Source: an uncultured Gammaproteobacteria bacterium (GTDB lineage: Bacteria > Pseudomonadota > Gammaproteobacteria > GCA-001735895). From it: 64,000 nucleotides of DNA. The DNA lies in assembly GCA_964196115.1 (NCBI GenBank), contig CAXMRQ010000181.1:223-64222 (forward strand), written 5' to 3'. Under the pieces are notes generated by a model. It saw only the letters and a program-made list of their open reading frames with translations. It was not told where the DNA came from and made no database searches. Within the stretch, counting starts at the first letter, position 1. Every line of letters starts with the position of its first letter. Position numbers and translations under genes: made by a program. This document shows positions 8,812 through 19,257 of this stretch, in pieces.

Positions 8812-10548
8812 TCAGGCCTCGTGTTCTTCGCGTCGTAAGTCATGTAGAGAATCGAGATAACTACCGATTACGCTACTCTCCGGCATGGCGCCAAGATACT
8901 TTCCAGTTTGGGAGTGCACCACTGGCACGGCTTCGCCGATGTAGTCACGCATTGCTTCCATTGCACCCCACAGGCTGGTGGTTTCGTCGAATATCAGGCT
9001 TTGATGTAATGCCAGCGAATCGATACTGGCAGTCGGCCCGCAATCGCTCAACTGATCCTGATGCAGCAACCCCAGGTAGCGCTCGTCACTATCGACAATA
9101 ACCGCTGTCTGAAGTGAAATCGAGCGTAGCTGCTCGATTGCTGATTCTCCAGGCTGTTTGCTATGCAGCTTAGGAAGTAGCTGGGTTAAATGATCTACCA
9201 CGCGTTGATGCTGTAGATAGGCCCGATCACGGCCGTGCGATAAATCAACCCCGCGCTCGGCCAGTTGTCTATCGAATAGAGATCGCCCGTACCAGTGATG
9301 CGCAGTCAGATTGGAGAAGGCAACAGTCACCATCGCGGCAATAGTAATCTCGTAACTGTGAGTCAATTCAAAAATGATCAACAACGCTGTCATCGGCGCA
9401 CCGATAACCGGGCTGGCGACAGCGACCATGCCGCATATCGCATAAACGGATAGTTCGGAATAATGGCTAAGCAGCAGCTCGGGAATCGTAATCGCAAAAA
9501 GCGCACCGAACAGGACGCCGACCAGCAATGCCGGGAATATGACCCCGCCGGCAAATCCGAAGCCGATGCATAAAACCGTGACTAGCAATTTAGCAACCAG
9601 AATCGTCAACAGTTCTTCTGCACTGAATAATCCCGGGATGCTGGCCATGTTCATTAAATCTACCCCGGCACCGAGCACATCGGGAATTTGCAATGCCACC
9701 AGACCGAGCAGAAAACCGGCAATCATTGGCTTACAGGCTGCAGGGACTGAAATTTTATGTGCAATATCGCGCGATACTTTTAATAATTTCATGAACACGA
9801 CCGCGAGTACCCCGCAGGCGATTCCTTCCAGCACAAATAGCAAAAATTCAGACGCCTGGTACATGTGCTGGAATTCAAATAGAAATAACGGTGGGTGTTC
9901 GAACACGACATTCGCAACAACAAAGCCACAGGCTGAGGCGACTGTTACGGCAGTAAAAATTCGTAGCGAATAGTGGCGTAGAATCACTTCATGGGTGAAG
10001 ATTAATCCCGCAATCGGTGCATTAAACGCGGTCGAAATAGCCGCTGCAACACCGCAGGCAATTGCCGTACTACTGATATCGCGTACCCCGAGCCGCAGTC
10101 GGCTTGCAAGTTGGCCGACCAGCGAGCCTAAATAAACCAGCGGGCCATACTGGCCTACCGATGCGCCGCAACCCAGAGACAGGATAGAGGCTAATGTGGA
10201 AAAGGCACCCGATACCGGGCTGGGTAGTTTTTCACGCAATTGCACTGCGTAAATGGTATCGGGTGGCCCCAGTGGTCTTCCGCTTTTGACGCCGTAGCGC
10301 AATATCAGGCCGACGATTAATCCGCCGATGGTAGGAACCAGAATGGTAATCACTGTCAGAGTGCCGGGTTGCACACCGGTTCTACTTTCCGTACTGATGT
10401 AAAGCGCGCGATTGAGCCAGTGAACCAGGTCGACAAAACCGATAGTCGCAAATGAAGTGATTGTGCCGACCACCAAACCGATTAAAGCGATCACCAGCAT
10501 GCGATAAATGGTCGTATGGGCCTTAATTTTTTCCTGGTCTTGGCGCAT
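8812..10548 (-). CDS. ClC-family voltage-gated chloride channel / H+-Cl- antiporter with C-terminal CBS region
   Basis: Multi-pass membrane protein with ClC selectivity motifs (GCGASVGQYGP as a GREGP-like motif, GGVIFPALLVG as GxFxP). It starts with ATG at 10548. Confidence 0.8.
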   Translation of the reverse strand: MRQDQEKIKAHTTIYRMLVIALIGLVVGTITSFATIGFVDLVHWLNRALYISTESRTGVQPGTLTVITILVPTIGGLIVGLILRYGVKSGRPLGPPDTIYAVQLREKLPSPVSGAFSTLASILSLGCGASVGQYGPLVYLGSLVGQLASRLRLGVRDISSTAIACGVAAAISTAFNAPIAGLIFTHEVILRHYSLRIFTAVTVASACGFVVANVVFEHPPLFLFEFQHMYQASEFLLFVLEGIACGVLAVVFMKLLKVSRDIAHKISVPAACKPMIAGFLLGLVALQIPDVLGAGVDLMNMASIPGLFSAEELLTILVAKLLVTVLCIGFGFAGGVIFPALLVGVLFGALFAITIPELLLSHYSELSVYAICGMVAVASPVIGAPMTALLIIFELTHSYEITIAAMVTVAFSNLTAHHWYGRSLFDRQLAERGVDLSHGRDRAYLQHQRVVDHLTQLLPKLHSKQPGESAIEQLRSISLQTAVIVDSDERYLGLLHQDQLSDCGPTASIDSLALHQSLIFDETTSLWGAMEAMRDYIGEAVPVVHSQTGKYLGAMPESSVIGSYLDSLHDLRREEHEA

Positions 10549-10568
10549 TTTTCAGAATGCCGGTAGGG

Positions 10569-10985
10569 TTATAGTTGGCTCAGGCATGCCAGATAAGCGT
10601 CTTCGTCTGGCATTTGATTGTGTCGTTGGGCGTTCCATAAGGCTTGCCCGAGGCACTCCATCATCGCGTGCTCAGTTTGATGAATTCCCTGTCGTTGAAC
10701 CAGTTTCTGATAGATAGCCTGGATGCCACTCGGTCGGTCGCCACCGGCCTGTTCGCGCAGAGTGATGTGCATACCCATATGCAAAAACGGATTGGTCTGA
10801 CCATCTTCCGGCGCAAAGTCCTGCTCTACCGCTGATTCTCCCTTATCCAGCAACGGCTGATACTCGGGATGCAGTTTAATTACGTCGGCGATTATCGCTT
10901 CCAATGGTTCAAGCAGCGCCTGGTTTTGCATTTTTTGCCAGACCTTAAGGTAAATCTGGCGGATTTCATCGCGTGACTGGAACAT
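10569..10985 (-). CDS. DUF1841-like hypothetical protein
   Basis: A 138-aa acidic protein between the ClC gene and nth. A protein like this is commonly found immediately downstream of nth in gammaproteobacteria. The family assignment is from memory. Confidence 0.5.
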   Translation of the reverse strand: MFQSRDEIRQIYLKVWQKMQNQALLEPLEAIIADVIKLHPEYQPLLDKGESAVEQDFAPEDGQTNPFLHMGMHITLREQAGGDRPSGIQAIYQKLVQRQGIHQTEHAMMECLGQALWNAQRHNQMPDEDAYLACLSQL

Positions 10986-10987
10986 AG

Positions 10988-11623
10988 TTAATCCGATGTC
11001 TTTTGCTTAAATTCGCACAGGTCTTCGATCACACAACTGCCGCAACGCGGTTTTCGCGCGATGCAGGTGTATCGACCGTGCAGAATCAGCCAGTGGTGGG
11101 CGTCGATCTTGTACTCGTCGGGCACGAATTTGAGTAGTTTCTTCTCGACCTCGACAACGTCCTTACCGGGTGCAATGCCGGTACGGTTTGATACACGAAA
11201 GATATGCGTATCGACAGCAATTGTTGGATGGCCAAACGCAGTATTCAAAATCACGTTGGCGGTTTTCCGACCAACGCCGGGCAGGGCTTCGAGCGCAGCG
11301 CGATCTTCGGGTACTACGGAATTATGTTTATCAATCAGGATGCGACAGGTGGCGATGGTATTTTTTGCTTTCGAATTAAATAACCCGATGGTTCTGATGT
11401 ATTGCTTTAAACCATCCTCGCCCAGTGCGAGTATTTTTTCCGGCGTATTCGCCACTGCGTAGAGTTTTATGGTCGCTTTATTGACGCTGACATCGGTAGC
11501 CTGAGCTGATAGCAATACCGAAATTAGCAGCTCGAAGTTCGAATTGTAGTCAAGTTCGGTACCGGGCTTTTCGATATGCGCCTGGAAGCGAATAAAAATT
11601 TCCTCGCGTTTCGATTTGTTCAT
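10988..11623 (-). CDS. nth: endonuclease III
   Basis: Has the HhH-GPD domain and a C-terminal 4Fe-4S motif ([17 protein letters not shown]). It is the last gene of the rnf operon, as in E. coli. Confidence 0.9.
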   Translation of the reverse strand: MNKSKREEIFIRFQAHIEKPGTELDYNSNFELLISVLLSAQATDVSVNKATIKLYAVANTPEKILALGEDGLKQYIRTIGLFNSKAKNTIATCRILIDKHNSVVPEDRAALEALPGVGRKTANVILNTAFGHPTIAVDTHIFRVSNRTGIAPGKDVVEVEKKLLKFVPDEYKIDAHHWLILHGRYTCIARKPRCGSCVIEDLCEFKQKTSD

Positions 11624-12294
11624 GCCGTCTCGGGCAGGTTTTCAATCGGAACAACTTTTTCGCTTTTACGGGCGCCGATAATATTCTTTGCGACGATAAG
11701 TAGCGCGAGCCCGAAAAAAGCGCCCGGTGGTAAGGCTGCCAGCAGAAATCCCCGGTATTCATCGTTAAAAACGATAGTGAGAACTTTGGCCGGTTCACCG
11801 AACATCAGATCGGCGTGAGAGAACAGCGTGCCGAAACCGATGATTTCGCGCATCCCTCCGAGCAGGCTTAACACAATCAGAAATCCCAGTCCCATCATGA
11901 ACCCATCCAGAGCGGCGATGCCAACCGGATTCTTCGAGGCAAATCCTTCAGCGCGCCCGATGATCGCGCAGTTGGTGACAATCAGCGGTATGAAAATTCC
12001 CAGCACCAGGTAGAGATCGTAAAACATCGCTTTCATGGTCAATTCTATGATCGTCACGATGCTGGCGATAATCAGTACAAATACCGGCAGGCGCACCTCG
12101 TTACGCACGAATCCGCGAATCAGTGAAACCAGCGTGTTGGACAAAACCAGGGTAATCAGTGTAGCGATGCCGAGACCAATGCCATTAACGACGGTACTGG
12201 TGACCGCGAGCAGTGGGCATAAGCCGAGCAGTTGCACCAGCGCCACATTGTTGGTCCATAAACCGTTCTGAGATATTTCCTGTTTGCTTGCCAT
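11620..12294 (-). CDS. rnfE: Rnf electron-transport complex subunit E
   Basis: RnfA/E-family polytopic membrane protein (...[14 protein letters not shown]...) in the position expected for a conserved rnfABCDGE operon. Confidence 0.85.
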   Translation of the reverse strand: MASKQEISQNGLWTNNVALVQLLGLCPLLAVTSTVVNGIGLGIATLITLVLSNTLVSLIRGFVRNEVRLPVFVLIIASIVTIIELTMKAMFYDLYLVLGIFIPLIVTNCAIIGRAEGFASKNPVGIAALDGFMMGLGFLIVLSLLGGMREIIGFGTLFSHADLMFGEPAKVLTIVFNDEYRGFLLAALPPGAFFGLALLIVAKNIIGARKSEKVVPIENLPETA

Positions 12295-12312
12295 GAATTG
12301 ATCAACCGCTCA

Positions 12313-12921
12313 TTAAAATATCGTTGTTGCGTTCTGTTGGTAGTATATCAGCGTATTTTTCACCGCCTGAACTACGGCACGCGGACTGATAGTAGCGCCG
12401 GTGAACTGATCGAATACGCCGCCATCACGTTTTACCAGCCAGGCTCCACGAGTCGGATTGTCGAGCGATTTACCGTTAAAGTCGAGCACCCAGTTGGACT
12501 TTTTTATTTCCAGGGCATCCCCGAGCCCGGGTGTTTCGGCGTGTTTTACTGCCCTGACTCCGGCAATTTTACCGTCGACATAGACGCCGACCAGCAGGTG
12601 AATCTTACCGCTATAACCGTCCGGCGCGATACTGTTAAATATTGCAGCGACTGGTTCCCCCCGAAGGCGAGCCCGGTAAACCACGCTTTCGCTTTCGCTG
12701 CCGAGTAATTCAGATGCCGGAATCAAAAGCGTATCGGTGACGATATCGTTATCGAGTTTTTCTGCGGATAACAACGCATGCAGGTTACGTAACAGTACGC
12801 GGCGTTCATTTTCGGCGATGGCTGCACGAGTATTGTGTTCCGTTACTGCGACAAAACTGGTGCCGACGACTGCGAACAGGCTGAGGAATAAACCGGAAAG
12901 TAGAATCTGCCGACTACTCAT
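12313..12921 (-). CDS. rnfG: Rnf complex subunit G (FMN-binding)
   Basis: Has an N-terminal signal anchor and an FMN-bind domain, in the expected operon position. Confidence 0.8.
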   Translation of the reverse strand: MSSRQILLSGLFLSLFAVVGTSFVAVTEHNTRAAIAENERRVLLRNLHALLSAEKLDNDIVTDTLLIPASELLGSESESVVYRARLRGEPVAAIFNSIAPDGYSGKIHLLVGVYVDGKIAGVRAVKHAETPGLGDALEIKKSNWVLDFNGKSLDNPTRGAWLVKRDGGVFDQFTGATISPRAVVQAVKNTLIYYQQNATTIF

Positions 12922-13954
12922 CTTTACCCTGGGTATCCGCGCCGTACACTCTCGGTTGGGTGTAATAATCGATTAGTGGTACGCACATATTCGCGAGTAA
13001 AACCGCGAATGCAATGCCATCCGGGTAACCGCCCCAGCTTCGAATTACATACACCAGGAAGCCGATTAAAAAGCCATAGACGACGCGGCCTTTATCGGTA
13101 GTGGCCGCGGTAACCGGGTCGGTGGCGATGAAAAATGCGCCGATTAATATACTACCTGAAAACAGATGGAACAGAGGTGAGGCAATAGTGTCGGGAGCGG
13201 AGAGATAAAATACCAGCGCAATAAAGCTGGTGCTGACCAATACTGTTACTGGTATATGCCATTTGATCGTGCGGGTATATAAAAGCCAGAGTCCGCCGAC
13301 TAACCAGCCTCCTGCAATCCATTCCCAGCCGAACGCGATAAAATTGCCGAATACAGGTGACTGACGGATTTCGCTGATCGGTATATTTTGACCCGACAGG
13401 GTCTTGAACTGATCCAGTGGGGTTGCTGAACTGAGCGCGTCCCATTGTTGGATATCGGCGAGGCCAAACGCATAGGCAATAGCGTCAAAGAATCCAATCG
13501 ATTCGCCGCTAATTTCGATTGGCAGGTACCAGGTAGTCATTTCGCGTGGAAACGAGATCAGTAATACCACATAGCCGACCATCGCCGGGTTGAACGGATT
13601 AAAGCCGAGGCCACCGTACAAATGCTTGCCCGCGATCATGGTAAAACCGATGCCGACCGCGACCAGCCACCAGGGCGAATGCATTGGCAGGCAGAGCGCG
13701 AATAACCAGGCCGCGACAACCGCGCTGTAATCGTTTAAATGTGATTTAACCGGTTTATTGCGCAGCTTCAGGATCGCCGCTTCGAATCCGAGGGCGAAGA
13801 TGACAGCCAGGGTAATATTAATCAGGACGCCGACACCGAAAAACCAGACATAGGCGAGCGTGCCCGGCAGCAGACCGATAATAACGTTAATCATCAAACG
13901 CCTGAGTGAGTTGCTTGGTGAGACAAAGGGTGAGGAGATAACAACCTGGGTCAT
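12914..13954 (-). CDS. rnfD: Rnf complex subunit D
   Basis: NqrB/RnfD-family membrane protein of 346 aa. Confidence 0.85.
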   Translation of the reverse strand: MTQVVISSPFVSPSNSLRRLMINVIIGLLPGTLAYVWFFGVGVLINITLAVIFALGFEAAILKLRNKPVKSHLNDYSAVVAAWLFALCLPMHSPWWLVAVGIGFTMIAGKHLYGGLGFNPFNPAMVGYVVLLISFPREMTTWYLPIEISGESIGFFDAIAYAFGLADIQQWDALSSATPLDQFKTLSGQNIPISEIRQSPVFGNFIAFGWEWIAGGWLVGGLWLLYTRTIKWHIPVTVLVSTSFIALVFYLSAPDTIASPLFHLFSGSILIGAFFIATDPVTAATTDKGRVVYGFLIGFLVYVIRSWGGYPDGIAFAVLLANMCVPLIDYYTQPRVYGADTQGKDE

Positions 13955-15612
13955 GTTCGTTGCTCACGAGCGGCGCGTCGCCGGGCATCGGCCTGCTCGA
14001 TTTTTTGTTGCTGATCAGGCGTTAGATTGGTAGTGTTTTTAAGGGTTTGTGTACCCTCCAGAGCCTGTTTTTTAGCCTTCACTCGTTCCAGTGCTGCCTG
14101 CACCGGGTCGACAGTGGAATCTCCATTTAGTTTTTGTGGTTGTTTTTTCTTCAAGGCCTCGCGCTTCAGACGTTTGCGTTCCTCGTCCTGCTGTTTTTTC
14201 AACAGTAGCCGCTTTTCGCGGAATTCGAACCGTATGCGCGCACGATCCGATTTGAACTGTGCCTGCTGCGCGGCACGTATTTCGCTTTTGGCCGCGCGAT
14301 AATATTGCACCAGCGGAATTTCACTCGGACAAACCGCCGAGCAGCAGCCACACTCGATACAATCGAACAGGCTATATTCCTCGACCTTATCATAGGTCCT
14401 GGCGCGCGCGTGCCAGTAGAGCTGCTGGGGTAACAATTGCGCGGGGCAGACATCGGTGCACCTGGCGCAGCGTACACATTCATCGTGATTATCCAGCCGT
14501 TGTGCAAACGTCTGTTGATGCATGACCAGAATATTGTTGCTTGCCTTAACAATCGGCGCCCGATCACTCGGCAGGGTAAATCCCATCATCGGGCCACCCA
14601 TCACCAGATGTCGATGTGCCTGATCGTCGAGATAACCACCGGCGAGCTCGACTAAGTGTCGAACCGGAGTACCGAGACGAGCCTCCCAGTTACCCGGTTG
14701 TCGTATAGCGTCACCGGAAAGTGTGACAATGCGCGAGGTCAAGGCTTCATCCTGGTCCAGGGCGCGGCTTATCGCTACGCAGGTGCCTACATTCTGGCAA
14801 AACATACCGATGTCGAAAGCCAGCTTTCCTTTCGGTATTTCCCTGCCGGTCAAAATCTGGATCAACTGCTTTTCACCACCCGATGGATACAGGGTTGGTA
14901 TCATCACAATTCGTGTATTCGCGAGGGGGTTGGAATCGAGCGCGAGTTGCATTGATTGAATCGCTTTCGGCTTGTCATTTTCGATACCGATCAAGGTAGA
15001 TTTAGGTTTAAAAATTTGCTGTAGATAGCCGATGCCGCGCAAAATCTCATCGCTGTAAGTTTGCATCAGTATGTCATCGCAGCTGATATAGGGTTCGCAT
15101 TCGACGCCATTGATCACCAGCGTATCGATCCCCTGGCTCTGCGCACGCGACAATTTGGCTGCGGTTGGAAATACCGCTCCCCCGAGACCGACAATACCGG
15201 CATCGCGAATCCGCGCGATTAAATCGACAACGCTCAGGCTGGCAGGGTCGACCGCCGCAGACTCCAGACATTCATCCTTGCCGTCGACGTCAATGACGAT
15301 ACAGTCACTCGACTGACCGGAAGGATGGGGTACCGGATGGGGTGCAATTTCGCGAATTTTTCCAGATGTTGGCGCGTGTATCGCTGCGCTAATCGGTGAT
15401 GAGCTGTCGGCGATCAACTGACCACGTAAAACCCGGTCTCCCGGACTCACCAGTGGTTTATTGGTTTCACCGATATGTTGTTTTAATGGCAGAATCAATT
15501 GTTCAGCTAGCGTGGCCTGTTGCAAAGGCTGGCCCATCGACTCGGCCTTGTACCCTTCCAGCCGCATACCACCATGCATGTGATGGAGTTTGTATTGCGA
15601 CTTATTGTCCAT
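13951..15612 (-). CDS. rnfC: Rnf complex subunit C, with a long Lys/Glu/Gln-rich C-terminal tail
   Basis: Carries an NADH-binding region and two 4Fe-4S ferredoxin motifs ([24 protein letters not shown]). I chose the internal ATG at 15612 ([15 protein letters not shown], matching RnfC N-termini), which overlaps the rnfB stop by 11 nt, rather than the longer ORF running to 15738. Confidence 0.8.
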   Translation of the reverse strand: MDNKSQYKLHHMHGGMRLEGYKAESMGQPLQQATLAEQLILPLKQHIGETNKPLVSPGDRVLRGQLIADSSSPISAAIHAPTSGKIREIAPHPVPHPSGQSSDCIVIDVDGKDECLESAAVDPASLSVVDLIARIRDAGIVGLGGAVFPTAAKLSRAQSQGIDTLVINGVECEPYISCDDILMQTYSDEILRGIGYLQQIFKPKSTLIGIENDKPKAIQSMQLALDSNPLANTRIVMIPTLYPSGGEKQLIQILTGREIPKGKLAFDIGMFCQNVGTCVAISRALDQDEALTSRIVTLSGDAIRQPGNWEARLGTPVRHLVELAGGYLDDQAHRHLVMGGPMMGFTLPSDRAPIVKASNNILVMHQQTFAQRLDNHDECVRCARCTDVCPAQLLPQQLYWHARARTYDKVEEYSLFDCIECGCCSAVCPSEIPLVQYYRAAKSEIRAAQQAQFKSDRARIRFEFREKRLLLKKQQDEERKRLKREALKKKQPQKLNGDSTVDPVQAALERVKAKKQALEGTQTLKNTTNLTPDQQQKIEQADARRRAAREQRT

Positions 15613-16162
15613 GCACGAGATCCTGCTGCTGTTGCGGCACAGACCATTTCCAGTCATCAATGGTTTGTTTAATCGGTACCATATCAATGCAATCGACCGG
15701 GCAGGGTGGCAGGCAAAGCTCGCAGCCGGTACATTCATCGGCGATCACCGTGTGCATGTGTTTTGCCGAACCGAGTATCGCATCCACCGGGCAGGCCTGA
15801 ATACACAGCGTGCAGCCGATGCAGGTCTGTTCATCGATGATCGCGACCAGTGGAATGTCATGGTGTTCGCCATGTTCTTCGTTGGGTTCTAGAACCTCGA
15901 GGTCGAGCAAATCGGCGAGTGCTACTATGGTTGCCTGGCCGCCGGGTGGGCACTGGTTAATCGGTGCTTCGCCGTTAGCAATCGCTTCCGCGTAGGGGCG
16001 ACAACCGGGGTAGGTGCACTGCCCGCACTGGGTTTGCGGTAACAGGGCATCGATTTGATCGACAATTGGATTGCCCTCAACCTTAAATCGAATCGCGGCG
16101 TATCCGAGGATTAGACCGAATAATCCGGCCATCAGGCTGATGGTGAGAATGGCGACTATCAT
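15602..16162 (-). CDS. rnfB: Rnf complex subunit B (ferredoxin-like)
   Basis: Has an N-terminal transmembrane segment, a CxxCxxxC...C motif ([12 protein letters not shown]) and two 4Fe-4S dicluster motifs. Confidence 0.85.
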   Translation of the reverse strand: MIVAILTISLMAGLFGLILGYAAIRFKVEGNPIVDQIDALLPQTQCGQCTYPGCRPYAEAIANGEAPINQCPPGGQATIVALADLLDLEVLEPNEEHGEHHDIPLVAIIDEQTCIGCTLCIQACPVDAILGSAKHMHTVIADECTGCELCLPPCPVDCIDMVPIKQTIDDWKWSVPQQQQDLVHGQ

Positions 16163-16166
16163 CGAT

Positions 16167-16748
16167 TCAAACCTTGACTAATCCGCCTAGTCCCATAAAC
16201 GCCAGCGACATCAATCCTGCGGTTACCAGCCCGATTGCAGCACCCTGAAATGGAGCTGGCACATCGGCTACAATAATGCGCTCGCGCATTGCGGCGAATA
16301 ATATAAGCACCAGCGAAAACCCCAGTGCCGCACCAAATCCATAAATCGCGGATTCAATAAAACTATTCGCCTCCTGAACGTTAATCAGAGCGACACCAAG
16401 TACCGCGCAGTTGGTGGTAATCAGTGGCAGGAAAATTCCGAGTACGTTGTAGAGCAGAGGGCTGGTTTTGTGCACCACCAGTTCGGTGAAATTGACCACA
16501 GCGGCAATAGCGATGATAAACGCAATGGTGCGCAAAAATTCGAGACCGAGCGGAGCCAGGATCCAGCTATTGATCATATAACTCAAGATTGCCGACAGAG
16601 TTAGTACGAAAGTCGTTGCCGCACTCATACCGATGGCGGTCTCGACCTTGCGTGAAACTCCCATAAAAGGGCACAGGCCGAGAAATTTCACCAACACGAT
16701 ATTGTTGACGAAAACAGTGCCTACCAATAGAAGAAAATATTCAGACAT
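16167..16748 (-). CDS. rnfA: Rnf complex subunit A
   Basis: RnfA/NqrD-family membrane protein and first gene of the operon. An AT-rich putative promoter region lies at 16749-17010. Confidence 0.85.
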   Translation of the reverse strand: MSEYFLLLVGTVFVNNIVLVKFLGLCPFMGVSRKVETAIGMSAATTFVLTLSAILSYMINSWILAPLGLEFLRTIAFIIAIAAVVNFTELVVHKTSPLLYNVLGIFLPLITTNCAVLGVALINVQEANSFIESAIYGFGAALGFSLVLILFAAMRERIIVADVPAPFQGAAIGLVTAGLMSLAFMGLGGLVKV

Positions 16749-17010
16749 AGGCGCGTATTATAAAGTGTAGATGTTATGAAAAATACTGATTATATAAGGG
16801 GTTATTATTAAATTTAGGAATAGATGAATTAGATATTTGATAAGGCTTTAATCGTGTATTTTGAGATATTACAGGTTTACTGTTAGTGCTCGAATGATAT
16901 ATGTCAAACATCCGTTTTCCGGTGGTCATGCCGGACTCGATGCCAGTAGAGCAATGCGGGTTGGCAATCGGTGGGCTATGGCTTTGTAAAATGTAGACAG
17001 AAATTAGCCA

Positions 17011-17967
17011 CTATTCCGCAAATTCGCCGGGCTGCAAATCGGTGGCCTCGTTAATAAATTCGTCGATTGAAATTGTTGGCGACAAATGCCAGTTCAACGG
17101 GCTCAGGCTTTTCTGATAATTCGCCGCCGAACTGAAATCTTCAACAAACGAATTAATGGCGGGGTTTTGCATAATGGCCAGTACCGCAAAAGGACTGCTG
17201 ATCAGGATGGCTAGCAGGATACTTTTTCTATGTGCCAGGTGGGTGACATGAATCAGGTAAAAACTGACTGCAGCCGGAATGAATAATAGATACCATCCGA
17301 GGTTGAAAATCGAAATTGGCAGGTTGGAGGAAAACAGGTATGTCAGTTCGACTACCAGGGCCGATAGAATTTGGTAATTCAGATAGATCAGTGCAACCGA
17401 AATAATCAGAGGCTTGATTTCCCAGCGATTTACTAACAGGCGTTCCAGTATCGATAGCGTAGCTACGAACGCGGCAATGCTAAATACTGACTCTCTGAAT
17501 ACATATTTGATTAAATCATCCCATTTCAGGGTATTGTACGAGGTGAAGTAAAATTCCAGGGCCCCTGCCATAAAACACGAGGTAAGTAGCATCGCTGCCC
17601 ATCCCCAGTGGCCAAAAAGACGCTGCAAACGACCATGGCTGGTGAGCGATTTTGTTGCTGGGACGCGGTGACTACGGGATAGAATACGGGCTGAAATTCG
17701 TCCCAGGCTAAATTCTATCGGAAGCGTTTTAGATGTTATTATGTCTTCCTGCGTGTTATTAAACCTTGCGGGATTCACGCTTGCCAGGTTTTGTAATTCG
17801 ACCTTACCCTCGTCGTCGAGCAAGATCTTTAGGTGATAGGGTTCGACGGTGGGGTCGGATAGGATGATATCGTTGTCGAGTGCTCGACCGATGCGAAGCT
17901 CAGACTTATCTAGCGCATGGTAGCGGTGCAGACCCCTTGTTTTAATCTCGAGAATCAGCCCGTCCAC
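17011..17967 (-). CDS. FHA-domain protein with C-terminal multi-pass membrane region
   Basis: The N-terminal FHA fold signature is ...LRIGRALDNDIILSDPTVEPYHLKI.... It is followed by about five hydrophobic helices. The gene overlaps the 3' end of the upstream protease gene by 13 nt. Confidence 0.6.
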   Translation of the reverse strand: MDGLILEIKTRGLHRYHALDKSELRIGRALDNDIILSDPTVEPYHLKILLDDEGKVELQNLASVNPARFNNTQEDIITSKTLPIEFSLGRISARILSRSHRVPATKSLTSHGRLQRLFGHWGWAAMLLTSCFMAGALEFYFTSYNTLKWDDLIKYVFRESVFSIAAFVATLSILERLLVNRWEIKPLIISVALIYLNYQILSALVVELTYLFSSNLPISIFNLGWYLLFIPAAVSFYLIHVTHLAHRKSILLAILISSPFAVLAIMQNPAINSFVEDFSSAANYQKSLSPLNWHLSPTISIDEFINEATDLQPGEFAE

Positions 17968-19220
17968 AACACCTTCTCCAGAAATTTTTTGATCAGTGGC
18001 ACAGTCGCGTCAAAATCGGTCCCAGTCATAATAAAGGTGATAAAAAATCCTTTATTACCATACCCGGTCAGGGCTGCGGTAAACAGTACATCACTTAGTC
18101 CGTCGTATTCGACGTACTCGCGTCGGCACAGATTGGCCTTGAATTCTTCACCCGAAACATCAAGGAACCAGGTATCGCAGTTAAAGTTGCTGACTTCTTC
18201 CTGGCTTAGATTGTTTTCGATCTGATCTTTGTTGAGTTTTTCATATAGATTGTAAAAACGTATGGGGTCGAGCTGATCGGATTCGAGCCAGTAATACTCG
18301 TAAATCAGGTTTCCGACAAATTTGTTAGCATCGTCCAGATAAACGTGATTTTTATTCGCGCAACGGATCTGGAAGCGTTTAAATAACGCATTAGCCGTGA
18401 GCTTTGCACTATTGTCCCAACAGCGAATAGTGGGCGAAATGGTGCCGGGCAGACTCAATTGACGAAGTTGAATGGCAGGCCAGTCTGCGCCGAGTAGTTC
18501 TTTTATATAACCCTGCTCGTAGGCGAATAATTGGCTCGTTACCTCACTTTTCAAATCGTCGGATGAACTGATCCCGGAATCCTCGGCATTTGCGATCAGT
18601 TTCTTCAAAAATCTGGAGGGCACGATAAAGCTGATATCGTTGCGCGCAGTGGCGACGTTTATTCCTATCGCTTCGCCGTTTTCGTTGAATGTCGGTCCAC
18701 CGCTCATGCCGGGGTTGAGGCTGCCCGAAAATAATATTCGGCTATCATCGGTTTGGTTAAGAATGCCGCCGTTAGTGCCTACCGCGAGGCTAAGGCCGAG
18801 ATCGAGCGGATTACCCATCGCGAACACCGGTGCGCCCTTGGGCGGCAGGTCACTGGTGATAATCGCTTCGCCGAGGACTTTATCGGCGGTTAGTAACGCG
18901 AGGTCGTGAGCTACATCCAGTGCGGCCAGTTTGAGTTCGCCCGTGAGACCGTTTTTGTTCAAATAGGTTACATAAAATAGTTCCGGTTCCAGAATAATCT
19001 TGTTAATGACGTGGAAGTTAGTCGCAATCTGTCGACCGTTGCCGACGATAAAACCCGAACCGATACTCGATTTTTTACCAGTCTCCCGATTCAGTACACG
19101 TATCTGGAATATGCTGTTCTCGTGTAGCTGGTAGATTTTTTTCGATTCGAGCGCGATCGCTGGCTGGAATAATAAATACAGCAGGCAGGCGAGCAGGGAA
19201 AGCCCTGAAATTGGTTTCAT
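17955..19220 (-). CDS. secreted trypsin-like (S1) serine protease with uncharacterised ~230-aa C-terminal domain
   Basis: The signal peptide MKPISGLSLLACLLYLLFQPAIA begins at the ATG at 19220, chosen over the longer ORF that would overlap metG. The catalytic His lies in ATNFHVI and the catalytic Ser in GMSGGP. Confidence 0.7.
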   Translation of the reverse strand: MKPISGLSLLACLLYLLFQPAIALESKKIYQLHENSIFQIRVLNRETGKKSSIGSGFIVGNGRQIATNFHVINKIILEPELFYVTYLNKNGLTGELKLAALDVAHDLALLTADKVLGEAIITSDLPPKGAPVFAMGNPLDLGLSLAVGTNGGILNQTDDSRILFSGSLNPGMSGGPTFNENGEAIGINVATARNDISFIVPSRFLKKLIANAEDSGISSSDDLKSEVTSQLFAYEQGYIKELLGADWPAIQLRQLSLPGTISPTIRCWDNSAKLTANALFKRFQIRCANKNHVYLDDANKFVGNLIYEYYWLESDQLDPIRFYNLYEKLNKDQIENNLSQEEVSNFNCDTWFLDVSGEEFKANLCRREYVEYDGLSDVLFTAALTGYGNKGFFITFIMTGTDFDATVPLIKKFLEKVLWTG

Positions 19221-19257
19221 ACGTGAACTTCTGGATGGCTTCTGTGCAAAGTGAAGG

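Noticed and set aside
13951-15738. Full-length 595-aa RnfC ORF with the N-terminus [14 protein letters not shown]...
   Set aside because: That extension would overlap 137 nt of rnfB and is unlike RnfC N-termini. The internal ATG at 15612 gives a conserved start.
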